Source: Burkholderiales bacterium
Lineage (GTDB): Bacteria; Pseudomonadota; Gammaproteobacteria; Burkholderiales; Burkholderiaceae_C
DNA length: 64,000 nt
NCBI GenBank assembly: GCA_038204775.1
Contig: JBBRCN010000009.1
Span: 5,489 to 69,488 of the forward strand
Reading direction: 5' to 3'
Every line of letters starts with the position of its first letter. Position 1 is the stretch's first letter. The translations under genes and the position numbers were made by a program. Positions 49,095-58,077 of the stretch are shown here, piece after piece. Under the pieces are notes generated by a model. That model saw nothing but the letters and a program-made list of their open reading frames with translations. It did not search any database and was not told where the DNA came from.

Positions 49095-49619
49095 TCACCG
49101 AGCCCGTGACGCGCGCCGATGGCGTTCGGCTGCTGGGTGCAGAACATCGCGCTCCAGGTAGCGTCGCAGTTTTTGCACGCGCGGGTCCTGGCGACCCGGC
49201 ATGTGGTCCAGGTAGTCGATCACCGCGTCCACGCGCAGCAGCAACACCCCTTTGGCGTCGCGCCGCCACATGCCGGGCATGCGCGCGGCCAGCACGTCGT
49301 CTGTTTCATGTCGACTCAGCACCCGCAGCAGCCCCCGGCCCCCCAGCCAGACATGGTGACCGTCGTCTTCCACACGCAGGCCAACGCCTGCAAAGGCGTG
49401 GTAGCTGCCCTCATCACGGGCCCAGAAACGTTCGCGCACGGCAGCGCTCAGGTCGGGCAGGTGTTTGCCGGCCCACCACACACCACCGACCAGCAGCGTC
49501 GCGATGGCCACACCGGCGACAAAGGCCCAGGAGACGCCCGAGCCCAGAACGTGCGTCCAGCCCAGCACCACCATCAGCAGCAGGGCTACCAGAATGGCGC
49601 GTCCGAGTCGGCTGTTCAT
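49095..49619 (-). CDS. Membrane protein with Bro-N-like cytoplasmic domain (hypothetical)
   Basis: Two N-terminal TM helices; FAGVGLRVEDDGHHVWL..LLRVL ... QKLRRYLERDVL. Confidence 0.7.
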   Translation of the reverse strand: MNSRLGRAILVALLLMVVLGWTHVLGSGVSWAFVAGVAIATLLVGGVWWAGKHLPDLSAAVRERFWARDEGSYHAFAGVGLRVEDDGHHVWLGGRGLLRVLSRHETDDVLAARMPGMWRRDAKGVLLLRVDAVIDYLDHMPGRQDPRVQKLRRYLERDVLHPAAERHRRASRAR

Positions 49620-49625
49620 GGGCGC

Positions 49626-50171
49626 TCAGGCACTGGCTTGCAGCTGCCGGATCAGGTCCAGGCCATCAGGCCAGTCGCCCAGCCCGGTGTCGGCATTGAC
49701 GTGACCGGCTGCGCCCATGGACAGCACGGACGCGCCCCAATCGGCCGCCATCTCGAGGGCGCGGTCGGCCGTGCAGAAGGGGTCGCTGCTGCTGTAGGCC
49801 ACCAGCGCCTTGAAAGGCAGGCGCTGGCGCACGATGTGGCGCCAGCTGGCCAGTTGCGGTGGCATGTCCTCGCGAGCCGTGTCGGGTGGCGCCACCAGCA
49901 GTGCGCCGGTAACGCTGGAGGTGTCGCTGGCGTGTGCAGCCCACGCCGCCACCAGATGGCAGCCCAGGCTGTGCGCCACCAGCGACGTGGGCCGCGCTTC
50001 GGCGCGCACCGCTTCTTCCAGACGCACCATCCAGTCACCGCGCAAGGGCCAGTCCCAATTGGCCTGTTCGACACGATGAAAGCCATGCAAGTCCTGCCAG
50101 CGGCTCTGCCAGTGCGCCGGGCCGGAGTTCTGCCAGCCCGGCAGGATCAATACCCGATGTTGGCCTTGCAT
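49626..50171 (-). CDS. RBBP9/YdeN-family alpha/beta hydrolase
   Basis: PGWQNSGPAHWQ, AHSLGC, GHVNADTGLGDWP. Confidence 0.92.
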   Translation of the reverse strand: MQGQHRVLILPGWQNSGPAHWQSRWQDLHGFHRVEQANWDWPLRGDWMVRLEEAVRAEARPTSLVAHSLGCHLVAAWAAHASDTSSVTGALLVAPPDTAREDMPPQLASWRHIVRQRLPFKALVAYSSSDPFCTADRALEMAADWGASVLSMGAAGHVNADTGLGDWPDGLDLIRQLQASA

Positions 50172-50219
50172 TGCCTTTATCCTTGCTGCATTGCAGCGGC
50201 ATTGTCATAGGACACCGAA

Positions 50220-51167
50220 ATGGCTTTCACTGTTTTTGTCGACGGCCAGGAAGGCACCACCGGCCTGCGCATCCACGAGTACCTGGCGGCGCGCAAAGAC
50301 GTGGAAGTGCTGCGCATCGCTGCCGACCGCCGCAAGGACAGCGCCGAACGTGCGCGCCTGCTCAACGCAGCCGACGTGGCGTTTTTGTGCCTGCCCGACG
50401 CTGCGTCGCGCGAGGCGGCCGCGCTCATCACCAACCCGCGCACCTGCCTCATCGACGCCAGCACGGCGCACCGCACGGTGCCAGGCTGGGTGTTTGGCCT
50501 GCCTGAGCTTGCGCCCGAGCAGCGCGACGCCATCCGTGCGTCCAAGCGCATCGCCAATCCGGGCTGCCACGCCAGCGCCTTCATCTTGCTGATGCGGCCG
50601 CTGGTGGATGCTGGCCTGGTGCCGGCAGCGTTGGCGGTGAACGCCACGTCGATCACCGGCTACTCGGGCGGCGGCAAGAAGATGATCGAGCAGTACCAGG
50701 CGGCTGCGGCATCGGGCGCTGAGCCTGCGCTCACTTCACCAAGGCCCTATGCGCTGACGCTGACGCACAAACACCTGCCGGAGATGATGGCGCACACGGG
50801 TCTGACGGCTGCGCCCATCTTCATGCCCATGGTCGGCAATTTCTACAAGGGCCTGGCCGTGACGGTGCCGCTGCACCTGAAGGCTTTGGGCACCACGCCC
50901 GAGGCCGTGCATGTGGCGCTGGCCGCACGCTACGCCAGAGAGCGCTTCGTCCGCGTGATGCCGCTGCGCGACCCCGGCACACTGGAAATCGGGTTCTTCG
51001 ATGTGCAGGCCTGCAACGACACCAATCGCGTCGACATCTTCGTCTTTGCCAACGACTCGCAGGTGATCCTGGCTGCGCGGCTGGACAACCTGGGCAAGGG
51101 TGCCAGCGGCGCTGCGGTTCAGACAATGAACGTGCACCTGGGCGTGGACGAAAGTCTTGGGCTTTAA
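50220..51167 (+). CDS. argC: N-acetyl-gamma-glutamyl-phosphate reductase (type 2)
   Basis: [45 protein letters not shown]. Confidence 0.96.
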   Translation: MAFTVFVDGQEGTTGLRIHEYLAARKDVEVLRIAADRRKDSAERARLLNAADVAFLCLPDAASREAAALITNPRTCLIDASTAHRTVPGWVFGLPELAPEQRDAIRASKRIANPGCHASAFILLMRPLVDAGLVPAALAVNATSITGYSGGGKKMIEQYQAAAASGAEPALTSPRPYALTLTHKHLPEMMAHTGLTAAPIFMPMVGNFYKGLAVTVPLHLKALGTTPEAVHVALAARYARERFVRVMPLRDPGTLEIGFFDVQACNDTNRVDIFVFANDSQVILAARLDNLGKGASGAAVQTMNVHLGVDESLGL

Positions 51168-51240
51168 GTCTTGGGCTTTAAGACTTGGGCTTTAAGTCTT
51201 GGGCTTTAAGACTTGGGCTTTAAGGCTTGGGCTTTAAGTC
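51152..51240. repeat. Tandem repeat, 14-bp unit x6.3 (AAG[T/A/G]CTTGGGCTTT), starting in the last codons of argC
   Basis: Direct reading; first junction forms the argC TAA. Confidence 0.93.
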
Positions 51241-51249
51241 AGCGATCAC

Positions 51250-52035
51250 TCACATTCCATCTTCTCGGGCTGGGGCCTCCCGGTAGTGGTATCCGTACGC
51301 AACAACAAAGCCCAGGCGCCGATAAACCGACAAGGCAGGCTCGTTGCCAGCTTCTACCTGCAGGTATCCGGTCTTGGCGCCCTGCAAGGATGAAATTGAA
51401 AGCATGCGCTCACACAAAAGCCCTGCCAACCCCATACCACGTGCGGACGGGTGTGTGAAGACGTCGTAGAGCCCCACCAGATCGGCCTCGCGTGCGAACT
51501 GACCGCAGGCCAGCACGGCGCCGTCAGCGTCACGCCTGATGGCAAAGCCGTCGTACTGCACGGGCGAGTGCAACAGACGGAGGGCATGGCTGACTCTGTG
51601 TTCGACCGGTGAGCCACGGAGCTCACCCACCACTTCAGCAAATTGAGCGCCAGGAAGCCTGGCCCAATGCGTGCCGTCGGGCAATGGGCGCTGCACCAAT
51701 CGTGAGAGGTCGGATCGGATCATCACCTGCGTGTGGTCCACCACGCCATGACCCAGTTGCGCGAGTTCGGCGTCCAAACCAGGCGGTTGGGTGAACGGGG
51801 TCAGGCGAAAGATCATCGGCAGACAAGCTTCGCGGTAGACCTGGGCCGCCATCACCAGCTTGTCGGTCACCGGCAGCCGCCCGGCCGCCACGGCATTGAT
51901 GCAGCGTGCGCGGCGCGCCTTGCCCGGCAGGTAGCGCACCAGCCAGCCGTCCAGCCAGCGCTGCTGGGGCGGGGCACTGGCGTTGAGGCCGGCATCTTCT
52001 ATCCGCGACATCAAGGTGTCGTCGAAGCTGGCCAT
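51250..52035 (-). CDS. GNAT-family N-acetyltransferase
   Basis: KARRARCINA, ARGMGLAG, YLQVEAGNEPALSVYRRLGF. Confidence 0.88.
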   Translation of the reverse strand: MASFDDTLMSRIEDAGLNASAPPQQRWLDGWLVRYLPGKARRARCINAVAAGRLPVTDKLVMAAQVYREACLPMIFRLTPFTQPPGLDAELAQLGHGVVDHTQVMIRSDLSRLVQRPLPDGTHWARLPGAQFAEVVGELRGSPVEHRVSHALRLLHSPVQYDGFAIRRDADGAVLACGQFAREADLVGLYDVFTHPSARGMGLAGLLCERMLSISSLQGAKTGYLQVEAGNEPALSVYRRLGFVVAYGYHYREAPAREDGM

Positions 52036-52040
52036 GCCGT

Positions 52041-52802
52041 TCAACCCAACCTGGCGGACATCTCTTTGGCGAACTCGACAAAGGCCACCGCCCCTTTGCT
52101 TGAAGGGTCGAAGTTCACGCCAGGCTGGCCGTAGCTGGGCGCCTCGGCCAGGCGCACGTTGCGCGGGATCACGGTGTTGAACACCTTGTCGCCAAAATGC
52201 GCCTTGAGCTGCTCGCTCACCTGCTGCTGCAGCGTGATGCGCGGGTCGAACATCACACGCAACAGGCCGATGATCTCCAGCTCTGGGTTGAGGTTGGCGT
52301 GCACCTGCTTGATGGTGTTGACCAGGTCGGACAGGCCTTCCAGCGCGAAGTACTCACACTGCATGGGCACGATAACGCCATGTGCGCAGCACAGGCCGTT
52401 GAGCGTGAGCATGCTCAGGCTGGGCGGGCAGTCGATGAGCACAAAGTCGTATTCGTCCTTGACGGCCAGCAGGGCGTTCTTCAGGCGCCTTTCACGGCGC
52501 TCCAACGAGACCAGTTCGACTTCGGCGCCGGCCAGATCGCGGTTGGCACCCAGCACGTCATAGCCGCCCTGCGGGCTGAGCTTGCGCGCTTCGCTGATGG
52601 CCGTGGTTTCCAGCAGCACGTCGTAGACGCTGGGGTCCAGGCTGCGCTTGTCGATGCCCGAACCCATGGTGGCGTTGCCTTGCGGGTCCAAGTCCACCAG
52701 CAGCACCCGGCGGCCCACCAGGGCCAGGCCGGCAGCCAGGTTGACGGTGGTCGTCGTCTTGCCGACGCCGCCTTTCTGGTTGGCGATGCAGAAGATGCGC
52801 AT
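52041..52802 (-). CDS. parA: Chromosome partitioning ATPase ParA/Soj
   Basis: NQKGGVGKTTT, DLDPQGNAT, DCPPSL, PRNVRLAEAPSYG. Confidence 0.96.
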   Translation of the reverse strand: MRIFCIANQKGGVGKTTTTVNLAAGLALVGRRVLLVDLDPQGNATMGSGIDKRSLDPSVYDVLLETTAISEARKLSPQGGYDVLGANRDLAGAEVELVSLERRERRLKNALLAVKDEYDFVLIDCPPSLSMLTLNGLCCAHGVIVPMQCEYFALEGLSDLVNTIKQVHANLNPELEIIGLLRVMFDPRITLQQQVSEQLKAHFGDKVFNTVIPRNVRLAEAPSYGQPGVNFDPSSKGAVAFVEFAKEMSARLG

Positions 52803-52820
52803 GGAGCTAGATGGAGGCGG

Positions 52821-53432
52821 TCATTGGGTTGACAGGCGGATGCCGAAACCCACCAGAAAGATACCGGCCAGCTTTTCCAACGCCCGTGCCAGCCGGGGGT
52901 GCGCACGCACCTTGGCGCTGACGGCGTCGGCAAAGGCACACAGCGTCAACGCGTAGGCGGCGGTGATGACAGCGATGGTCACCGCCATGGCGGCAAAGGT
53001 GAGCACACCGCGGTGCTGTACAGGGTCGATGAACAGCGGGAAGAAGGCCATGTAGAAGACGATGGCCTTGGGGTTGAGCAGAGTGATCAGAAAAGCCTGG
53101 CGCGCATAGTGGCGTGGCCTGATGCGCACAGGCGAAGCCGAGCCTGGTTTGGCGAAGATGAGCCTGAGACCGATCCAGATCAGATAGGCTGCCCCGGCAT
53201 ACTGCACCAGGTGGAAAACCGTGGGGTTGGCGGCCAGCAGCGCCGCAACGCCAGCCACGGCCAGCCACATCAGCACCTGGTCACCCAGGATCACGCCCAG
53301 GGTGGCCGCCGCGCCGGCGCGAAAACCGCCCTTGCCGGTGGAAGTGAAGAGCGCAAACGTGCCGGGTCCGGGCAGGGCCAAGAACAGCAAGATCGTGGCG
53401 CAGAAGGCGCCGAAGTCGGCGATGCCGAGCAT
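52821..53432 (-). CDS. leuE: LysE/RhtB-family exporter (LeuE-like)
   Basis: LALPGPG, YAGAAYL, TLLNPKAIVF. Confidence 0.85.
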   Translation of the reverse strand: MLGIADFGAFCATILLFLALPGPGTFALFTSTGKGGFRAGAAATLGVILGDQVLMWLAVAGVAALLAANPTVFHLVQYAGAAYLIWIGLRLIFAKPGSASPVRIRPRHYARQAFLITLLNPKAIVFYMAFFPLFIDPVQHRGVLTFAAMAVTIAVITAAYALTLCAFADAVSAKVRAHPRLARALEKLAGIFLVGFGIRLSTQ

Positions 53433-53462
53433 GGTGAAGTCCTGAGTGTGGAAGCGCCCGCT

Positions 53463-54038
53463 TCAGCGCGGTGCTGCGGTGTGCGGATGGGCTTGCCAGC
53501 GGGTGAGATCGAAGCCTTGTTGCACGAGGCGGGAGCGTATCTCAGTTTCGTCCGCGGGCAGCAGGCGTGGCGTGCGTGACAAGACCCAAAGGTATTCGCG
53601 CTGGGCCTCGCTGACGACGGCATAGTGGCCGTCGTCAGCGAGCTGCACCACCCAGTACGAACCCCAGATGGGCAGCCAGCGCAGCATGGCCGGCAAGAAG
53701 CTCACCTCCAGTTGTGCCGGCTCCAGTTGCGTGCCACGCAGCACCGACCCGTCAGGCCGGGCGACACCGGTGATGGCGTCGATGCTGCCGTCGGCACGCC
53801 GGCAGCGGTTGATCACCTCGACTCTGCCGCCTTCCAGCTGCCTGTAGGTAGCAGACGTGTCGGCCACACACTGGCTCTGGAAGCGGTTGGGAAACCATGC
53901 CACCTGATACCAGGTGCCCATGTAGTTGGGGACGTCCAGACTGGGTAGCGCTGTGACGGGGGCTTGCTGCGCGTGAGCGGGATACGGCAGCAGACATGCA
54001 GCCGTCAGCAGCGTGAAAATCAGCAGGTTAGGGGTCAT
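53463..54038 (-). CDS. blc: Bacterial lipocalin
   Basis: YMGTWYQVA, A.Y..V.N.C, YWVV, YLWVLSRTP. Confidence 0.88.
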   Translation of the reverse strand: MTPNLLIFTLLTAACLLPYPAHAQQAPVTALPSLDVPNYMGTWYQVAWFPNRFQSQCVADTSATYRQLEGGRVEVINRCRRADGSIDAITGVARPDGSVLRGTQLEPAQLEVSFLPAMLRWLPIWGSYWVVQLADDGHYAVVSEAQREYLWVLSRTPRLLPADETEIRSRLVQQGFDLTRWQAHPHTAAPR

Positions 54039-54703
54039 GGCGGGGCCGGGTTGGGGGCGGGGAAGGGTGTGTTCTTGCGCATCCAGACCAGGCAACGGTG
54101 TGCTTCCAGTCCGGGCACGGTGAGCGGTTCCACGTGAAACACTGTCACGGCGGGCAACAGTTCGGCCATCTCAGCATCGGGCGCTTTGCCCTTCATGGCC
54201 ATCCACACACCGACTGGCGCCAACAGCGTTTGCGTCAAGGCGGTGAAATCCAGCAGCGAAGCAAAGGCGCGGCATGTGATGACGTCAAAGGGTGCCGACG
54301 TCAGTTGTTCGACCCGGGCATGCACCGCATTCAGGTTGCGCAGGCTCAGCTGCCCGGCCACCTGGCGCACAAAGGCTGCCTTTTTTCCTACGCTGTCGAC
54401 GCAGCTCACGTGAAGAGCCGGGAACATGATGGCCAGCACGACACCCGGCAGTCCACCGCCACTGCCCACATCCAACAGACGTCGGGTGCCCGAGCCGGGC
54501 GGGCACTCACGTTGCAGCGGCTTCACCACAGCCAGGCAGTCGGCCAGGTGCTGTGTCAACATCGCATCGCGCTCGCGCACCGATGTCAGGTTGTACGTGG
54601 CATTCCAGCGCTGCAGCAGGTCCAGGTACTGCAGCAAAGAATTTTCCTGATGCGGCGTGGGCGCCAGATGCAGCGCCGCGCAGATGCCAGCAACAGGGCT
54701 CAC
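54035..54703 (-). CDS. rsmG: 16S rRNA m7G527 methyltransferase
   Basis: WNATYNLTS, HLADCL, LDVGSGGGLPG, CRAFASL, AMKG. Confidence 0.96.
   Translation of the reverse strand: MSPVAGICAALHLAPTPHQENSLLQYLDLLQRWNATYNLTSVRERDAMLTQHLADCLAVVKPLQRECPPGSGTRRLLDVGSGGGLPGVVLAIMFPALHVSCVDSVGKKAAFVRQVAGQLSLRNLNAVHARVEQLTSAPFDVITCRAFASLLDFTALTQTLLAPVGVWMAMKGKAPDAEMAELLPAVTVFHVEPLTVPGLEAHRCLVWMRKNTPFPAPNPAPP
54126..54141. promoter_or_regulatory. parS site (within rsmG)
   Basis: TGTTTCACGTGGAACC on minus strand vs consensus TGTTTCACGTGAAACA. Confidence 0.8.
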
Positions 54704-54706
54704 CGG

Positions 54707-56668
54707 TCAGGCGGCCTCGCCTGACACCGCACCCGTGGCAGAACCTTTGGATCGCCCCTTTTTCAGGTGCACCAGCAACAGCGAGATGGCAGCCGGCGTG
54801 ACGCCAGAAATCCGGGAAGCTTGGCCCAGGGTAGAAGGGCGGTGGCGCTTCAACTTCTGCCGCACTTCAAAGGACAGCGCCGTCACGGCCGTGTAGTCCA
54901 GGGTTTCGGGAAGTTGCAGGTTTTCCAGCGTCGAAGCGCGTTCGACCTCTTCATTTTGTTTGTCGATGTAGCCGGCGTACTTGATGCTGATCTCAGCCTG
55001 CTCGATCACGGCGTCGGCCTCAGCCTGACCGAACTCAGCCCGCAATGTTTCACGTGAAACCGCACCGGGATGTCGAGCGATCTGCGCAGCCTCGCAAACC
55101 GCATCAAAGCTCACTCCGGGCCGCCGCATCAGGTCAGACAGCGCGTACTCGTGTTCCAGCGACTTGCCCAGCAGGCGCTCGGCGTCCGCCGCGGGCAGGG
55201 TAGCCGGCCGCACCCACGTCGCGCGCAAGCGCTGCAACTCGCGCTCCAGCCGTTCTCGCTTCAGGCAGAAAGCCGCCCAGCGGCGATCGTCCACCAGTCC
55301 CAGCCCCTGGCCGGCTTCGGTCAGACGCAGATCGGCGTTGTCTTCACGCAGTTGCAGGCGGTACTCGGCCCGACTAGTGAACATGCGGTAAGGCTCGGTC
55401 ACGCCCTTCGTCACCAGATCGTCCACCAGCACGCCCAGGTAAGCCTGGTCGCGGCGGGGCAGCCACGCTGGCTGACCCTTCACCTGCAAGGCGGCATTGA
55501 CACCCGCGTACAGCCCCTGCGCCGCTGCCTCTTCGTAACCCGTGGTGCCGTTGATCTGGCCAGCAAAGAACAAGCCGCCGATGGCTCGGGTTTCGAAGCT
55601 GGATCGCAACTCACGCGGGTCAAAGTAGTCGTACTCGATGGCATAGCCGGGTCGCAGGATGTGCGCCCGCTCCAGGCCCTGCATGGACTGCACGGCGGCG
55701 ATCTGCACATCAAAGGGCAAGGAAGTGGAAATGCCGTTGGGATAAAACTCGTGCGTCGTCAGTCCTTCAGGCTCCAGAAAAATCTGGTGCGCGTCCTTGT
55801 CAGCGAAGCGGTTCACCTTGTCTTCAATGCTGGGGCAGTAACGCGGGCCCGCACCTTCGATGACACCCGTGAACATGGGGCTGCGATCGAAGCCGCTTTT
55901 GATGATCTCGTGTGTGCGGGGGTTGGTGTGTGTGATCCAGCAAGGCACTTGCCGCGGGTGCTGCGCGGCGCTGCCCAGAAAGCTGAACACAGGCACCGGG
56001 TGCAGATCACCGGGTTGTTCTTCCAGCCGCGAGAAGTCAATGGAGCGGCCATCGATGCGCGGCGGTGTGCCAGTTTTCAGCCGGCCCTGCGCCAGCTTCA
56101 GCTCTTTCAGCCGCGCCGACAGGCTGATGGCCGGCGGGTCACCCGCGCGACCGGCGCTGTAGCTCTGCAGCCCGACGTGGATGCGGCCGTCCAGGAACGT
56201 GCCGGCGGTCAGCACGACGGCCCGGGCGCGGAAGCGCACGCCCACCTGCGTGACGGCACCTACCACCCGGTCACCTTCCAGCATCAGGTCATCCACCGCC
56301 TGCTGGAACAGCCACAGGTTGGGTTGGTTCTCCAGGCGGTACCGGATGGCGGCCTTGTAAAGCACCCGGTCGGCCTGCGCCCGCGTGGCGCGCACGGCGG
56401 GCCCCTTGCTGCCGTTGAGGATGCGGAACTGGATGCCCGCTTCGTCGGTCGCCTCGGCCATCGCGCCACCCAGGGCGTCAATTTCCTTGACCAGATGCCC
56501 CTTGCCGATGCCGCCGATGCTGGGATTGCAGCTCATCTGCCCAAGCGTTTCGATGTTGTGCGTCAACAGCAGGGTGGTGCAGCCCATGCGGGCGGCGGCC
56601 AGCGCGGCTTCGGTGCCGGCATGACCACCGCCGACAACAATCACATCAAAGGTTTGCGGGTGCAGCAT
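54707..56668 (-). CDS. mnmG: tRNA uridine-34 5-carboxymethylaminomethyl modification enzyme
   Basis: [51 protein letters not shown]. Confidence 0.98.
   Translation of the reverse strand: MLHPQTFDVIVVGGGHAGTEAALAAARMGCTTLLLTHNIETLGQMSCNPSIGGIGKGHLVKEIDALGGAMAEATDEAGIQFRILNGSKGPAVRATRAQADRVLYKAAIRYRLENQPNLWLFQQAVDDLMLEGDRVVGAVTQVGVRFRARAVVLTAGTFLDGRIHVGLQSYSAGRAGDPPAISLSARLKELKLAQGRLKTGTPPRIDGRSIDFSRLEEQPGDLHPVPVFSFLGSAAQHPRQVPCWITHTNPRTHEIIKSGFDRSPMFTGVIEGAGPRYCPSIEDKVNRFADKDAHQIFLEPEGLTTHEFYPNGISTSLPFDVQIAAVQSMQGLERAHILRPGYAIEYDYFDPRELRSSFETRAIGGLFFAGQINGTTGYEEAAAQGLYAGVNAALQVKGQPAWLPRRDQAYLGVLVDDLVTKGVTEPYRMFTSRAEYRLQLREDNADLRLTEAGQGLGLVDDRRWAAFCLKRERLERELQRLRATWVRPATLPAADAERLLGKSLEHEYALSDLMRRPGVSFDAVCEAAQIARHPGAVSRETLRAEFGQAEADAVIEQAEISIKYAGYIDKQNEEVERASTLENLQLPETLDYTAVTALSFEVRQKLKRHRPSTLGQASRISGVTPAAISLLLVHLKKGRSKGSATGAVSGEAA
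55046..55061. promoter_or_regulatory. parS site (within mnmG)
   Basis: TGTTTCACGTGAAACC, 15/16 to consensus; perfect 14-bp palindrome; encodes VSRET. Confidence 0.88.
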
Positions 56669-56681
56669 GGAGGTTGCGATT

Positions 56682-56897
56682 CTACGGAGTTGCACCTGCA
56701 GCCAGCGCTGGCAAGGCCTGAGCAGACCTGTCCCAACGCCTGTCCCACCAGCGGACGAAGAAGAAGTGCGCCACTGTGTTGACCAGGGACTCGACGTTGG
56801 TGATGGCGCCTGCTAACGCCACACTTCCAGGCAGCGTGTAGCTGACGCCGAAGGCAATGCCCAGGTGCGTGACACCAAAAGTTGCGGACTTCGTCAT
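56682..56897 (-). CDS. DUF2061-like small membrane protein, possibly degenerate
   Basis: [27 protein letters not shown]...[13 protein letters not shown] pattern. Confidence 0.55.
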   Translation of the reverse strand: MTKSATFGVTHLGIAFGVSYTLPGSVALAGAITNVESLVNTVAHFFFVRWWDRRWDRSAQALPALAAGATP

Positions 56898-56993
56898 GAC
56901 CCTCTCAAAAACGAATGATTCCTGTTCGCAATTGTCGTCGTCAGAGTCCTGACTGTGCATGGTTTTGTTTGACACCGGGGATAGCATCCGCGC

Positions 56994-57260
56994 ATGGACT
57001 GTCGCCCAAGCTGCGGCGCGTGCTGCATCGCGCCGTCCATAACGTCTGCCATTCCCGGCATGCCCAGCGGCAAAGCGGCCGGTGTGCGCTGCATGCAGCT
57101 GGACGACGCTGAACGCTGCCTTCTTTTCGGCCGGCCCGAACGGCCTGCCGTGTGTGCTTCGCTGAGGCCGACGGCTGAGATGTGCGGCGACAGCCGTGCC
57201 CAGGCTCTCGTGTGGATCTCGCAGCTGGAAGTCAGCACCCAACCCGGCCAGCGCAGCTGA
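56994..57260 (+). CDS. YkgJ-family cysteine-cluster protein
   Basis: CRPSCGACCIAPSI, GKAAGVRC, C.LFG.PERP.VC, EMCG. Confidence 0.88.
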   Translation: MDCRPSCGACCIAPSITSAIPGMPSGKAAGVRCMQLDDAERCLLFGRPERPAVCASLRPTAEMCGDSRAQALVWISQLEVSTQPGQRS

Positions 57261-57285
57261 GGGCGGCGGCCGCCCGGCGGGCGCG

Positions 57286-57317
57286 AAAAAAAAGCGCCAT
57301 CCCCGGGGGGACGGCGC
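57286..57317 (-). terminator. Intrinsic terminator (minus strand)
   Basis: GCGCCGTCCC-CCCG-GGGATGGCGC followed by T8. Confidence 0.85.
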
Positions 57318-57428
57318 CAAAGCACACGATCGCATGAGGGACGGCGGTCCGTGCGCCTAAAGAGCCAGGGTCATGATCACCAACACAACCCGGGCGCTGC
57401 ACTGGCGCGGTCCACAAGGACCCGCCAG
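57286..57428 (-). ncRNA. Candidate structured sRNA (~145 nt) downstream of a lux-box-like operator
   Basis: Promoter-like elements upstream, 5' hairpin beginning at predicted TSS, further stem-loops, U-tailed terminator, no credible ORF. Confidence 0.55.
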
Positions 57429-57460
57429 AGTTCATTGCACCACCAGCGGCGGCAAAGCGA

Positions 57461-57480
57461 ACCTACAAACCCTTGTAGTT
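57461..57480. promoter_or_regulatory. lux-box-like operator 1 (ACCTACAAACCCTTGTAGTT)
   Basis: 20-bp dyad with CT-N12-AG; overlaps the -35 position of a minus-strand promoter (TGG-TGCAAT at 57442-57434). Confidence 0.65.
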
Positions 57481-57530
57481 CGCACGCGCCGAAGCGGCTG
57501 CTGTAGCTCTTGATTTGAGACGGGCCACCG

Positions 57531-57986
57531 TCAGGCGGCTACGCCCGAATAGCTGATCGAGCCGACTTTCATCAGCTCGACAGGCCGCCCGCGCGGTGCG
57601 CGGTGGTCACCGGAGACGGCCAGCACCTCCACCGCAGATTGTTGCCAGGGCAGTTCGTGCAGGATGCGGTTGACGCAGACCAGCGACTTCAGCGCATCCA
57701 GCGTGCGGCCCCGCTTGTCAACGAAGCGCACGTTGGTGATCACCGAATTGGGATCGGCCAGAAGCAGCACGCCCGGGCGCAGCTCAACCCACTCCCAGGC
57801 CAGGCCGACATGGGCGCTGCCCACGTTGCCCACCCACACCGAATTGCCAGCCACCGGCTGCGAGCCGAGCCGATCTGCAGTGACACGTGTGCTCATGTGC
57901 AAGAACGTGGGCCACTGGCGCGTTGCCGGTGGCAAGAACCAATCAATAATTGGCCAAGATTTGATCATCCAAGATTGAAGACCCAT
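57531..57986 (-). CDS. DUF4902-like protein divergent from the LuxR solo
   Basis: AAGGGG RBS; GLAWEWVE...ADPNSVITNVRFVD..G..L...LPWQ motif pattern. Confidence 0.7.
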   Translation of the reverse strand: MGLQSWMIKSWPIIDWFLPPATRQWPTFLHMSTRVTADRLGSQPVAGNSVWVGNVGSAHVGLAWEWVELRPGVLLLADPNSVITNVRFVDKRGRTLDALKSLVCVNRILHELPWQQSAVEVLAVSGDHRAPRGRPVELMKVGSISYSGVAA

Positions 57987-58043
57987 TTCGCACCCCTTCG
58001 GCTGTTTGTGACTCGATCGTCGCCACGCGAGCGCTCTTGCGCA

Positions 58044-58063
58044 ACCTACAAACCTTGATGGTT
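58044..58063. promoter_or_regulatory. lux-box-like operator 2 (ACCTACAAACCTTGATGGTT)
   Basis: First 11 nt identical to operator 1; overlaps minus-strand -35 TTGCGC, 17-bp spacer, -10 GACGAT; ends 14 bp before the luxR ATG. Confidence 0.6.
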
Positions 58064-58077
58064 TACACAAGGCCAGG

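Noticed and set aside
51152-51240. Possible CRISPR array
   Set aside because: The 14-bp units are contiguous with no spacers and there are no cas genes; it is a simple tandem repeat.
57232-57435. 67-aa ORF over the sRNA candidate
   Set aside because: It has no RBS, an atypical composition, runs through the terminator, and starts within the predicted -10 element.
56670-57530. Possible oriC upstream of mnmG
   Set aside because: I saw no cluster of TTATCCACA-type DnaA boxes and no AT-rich unwinding element.
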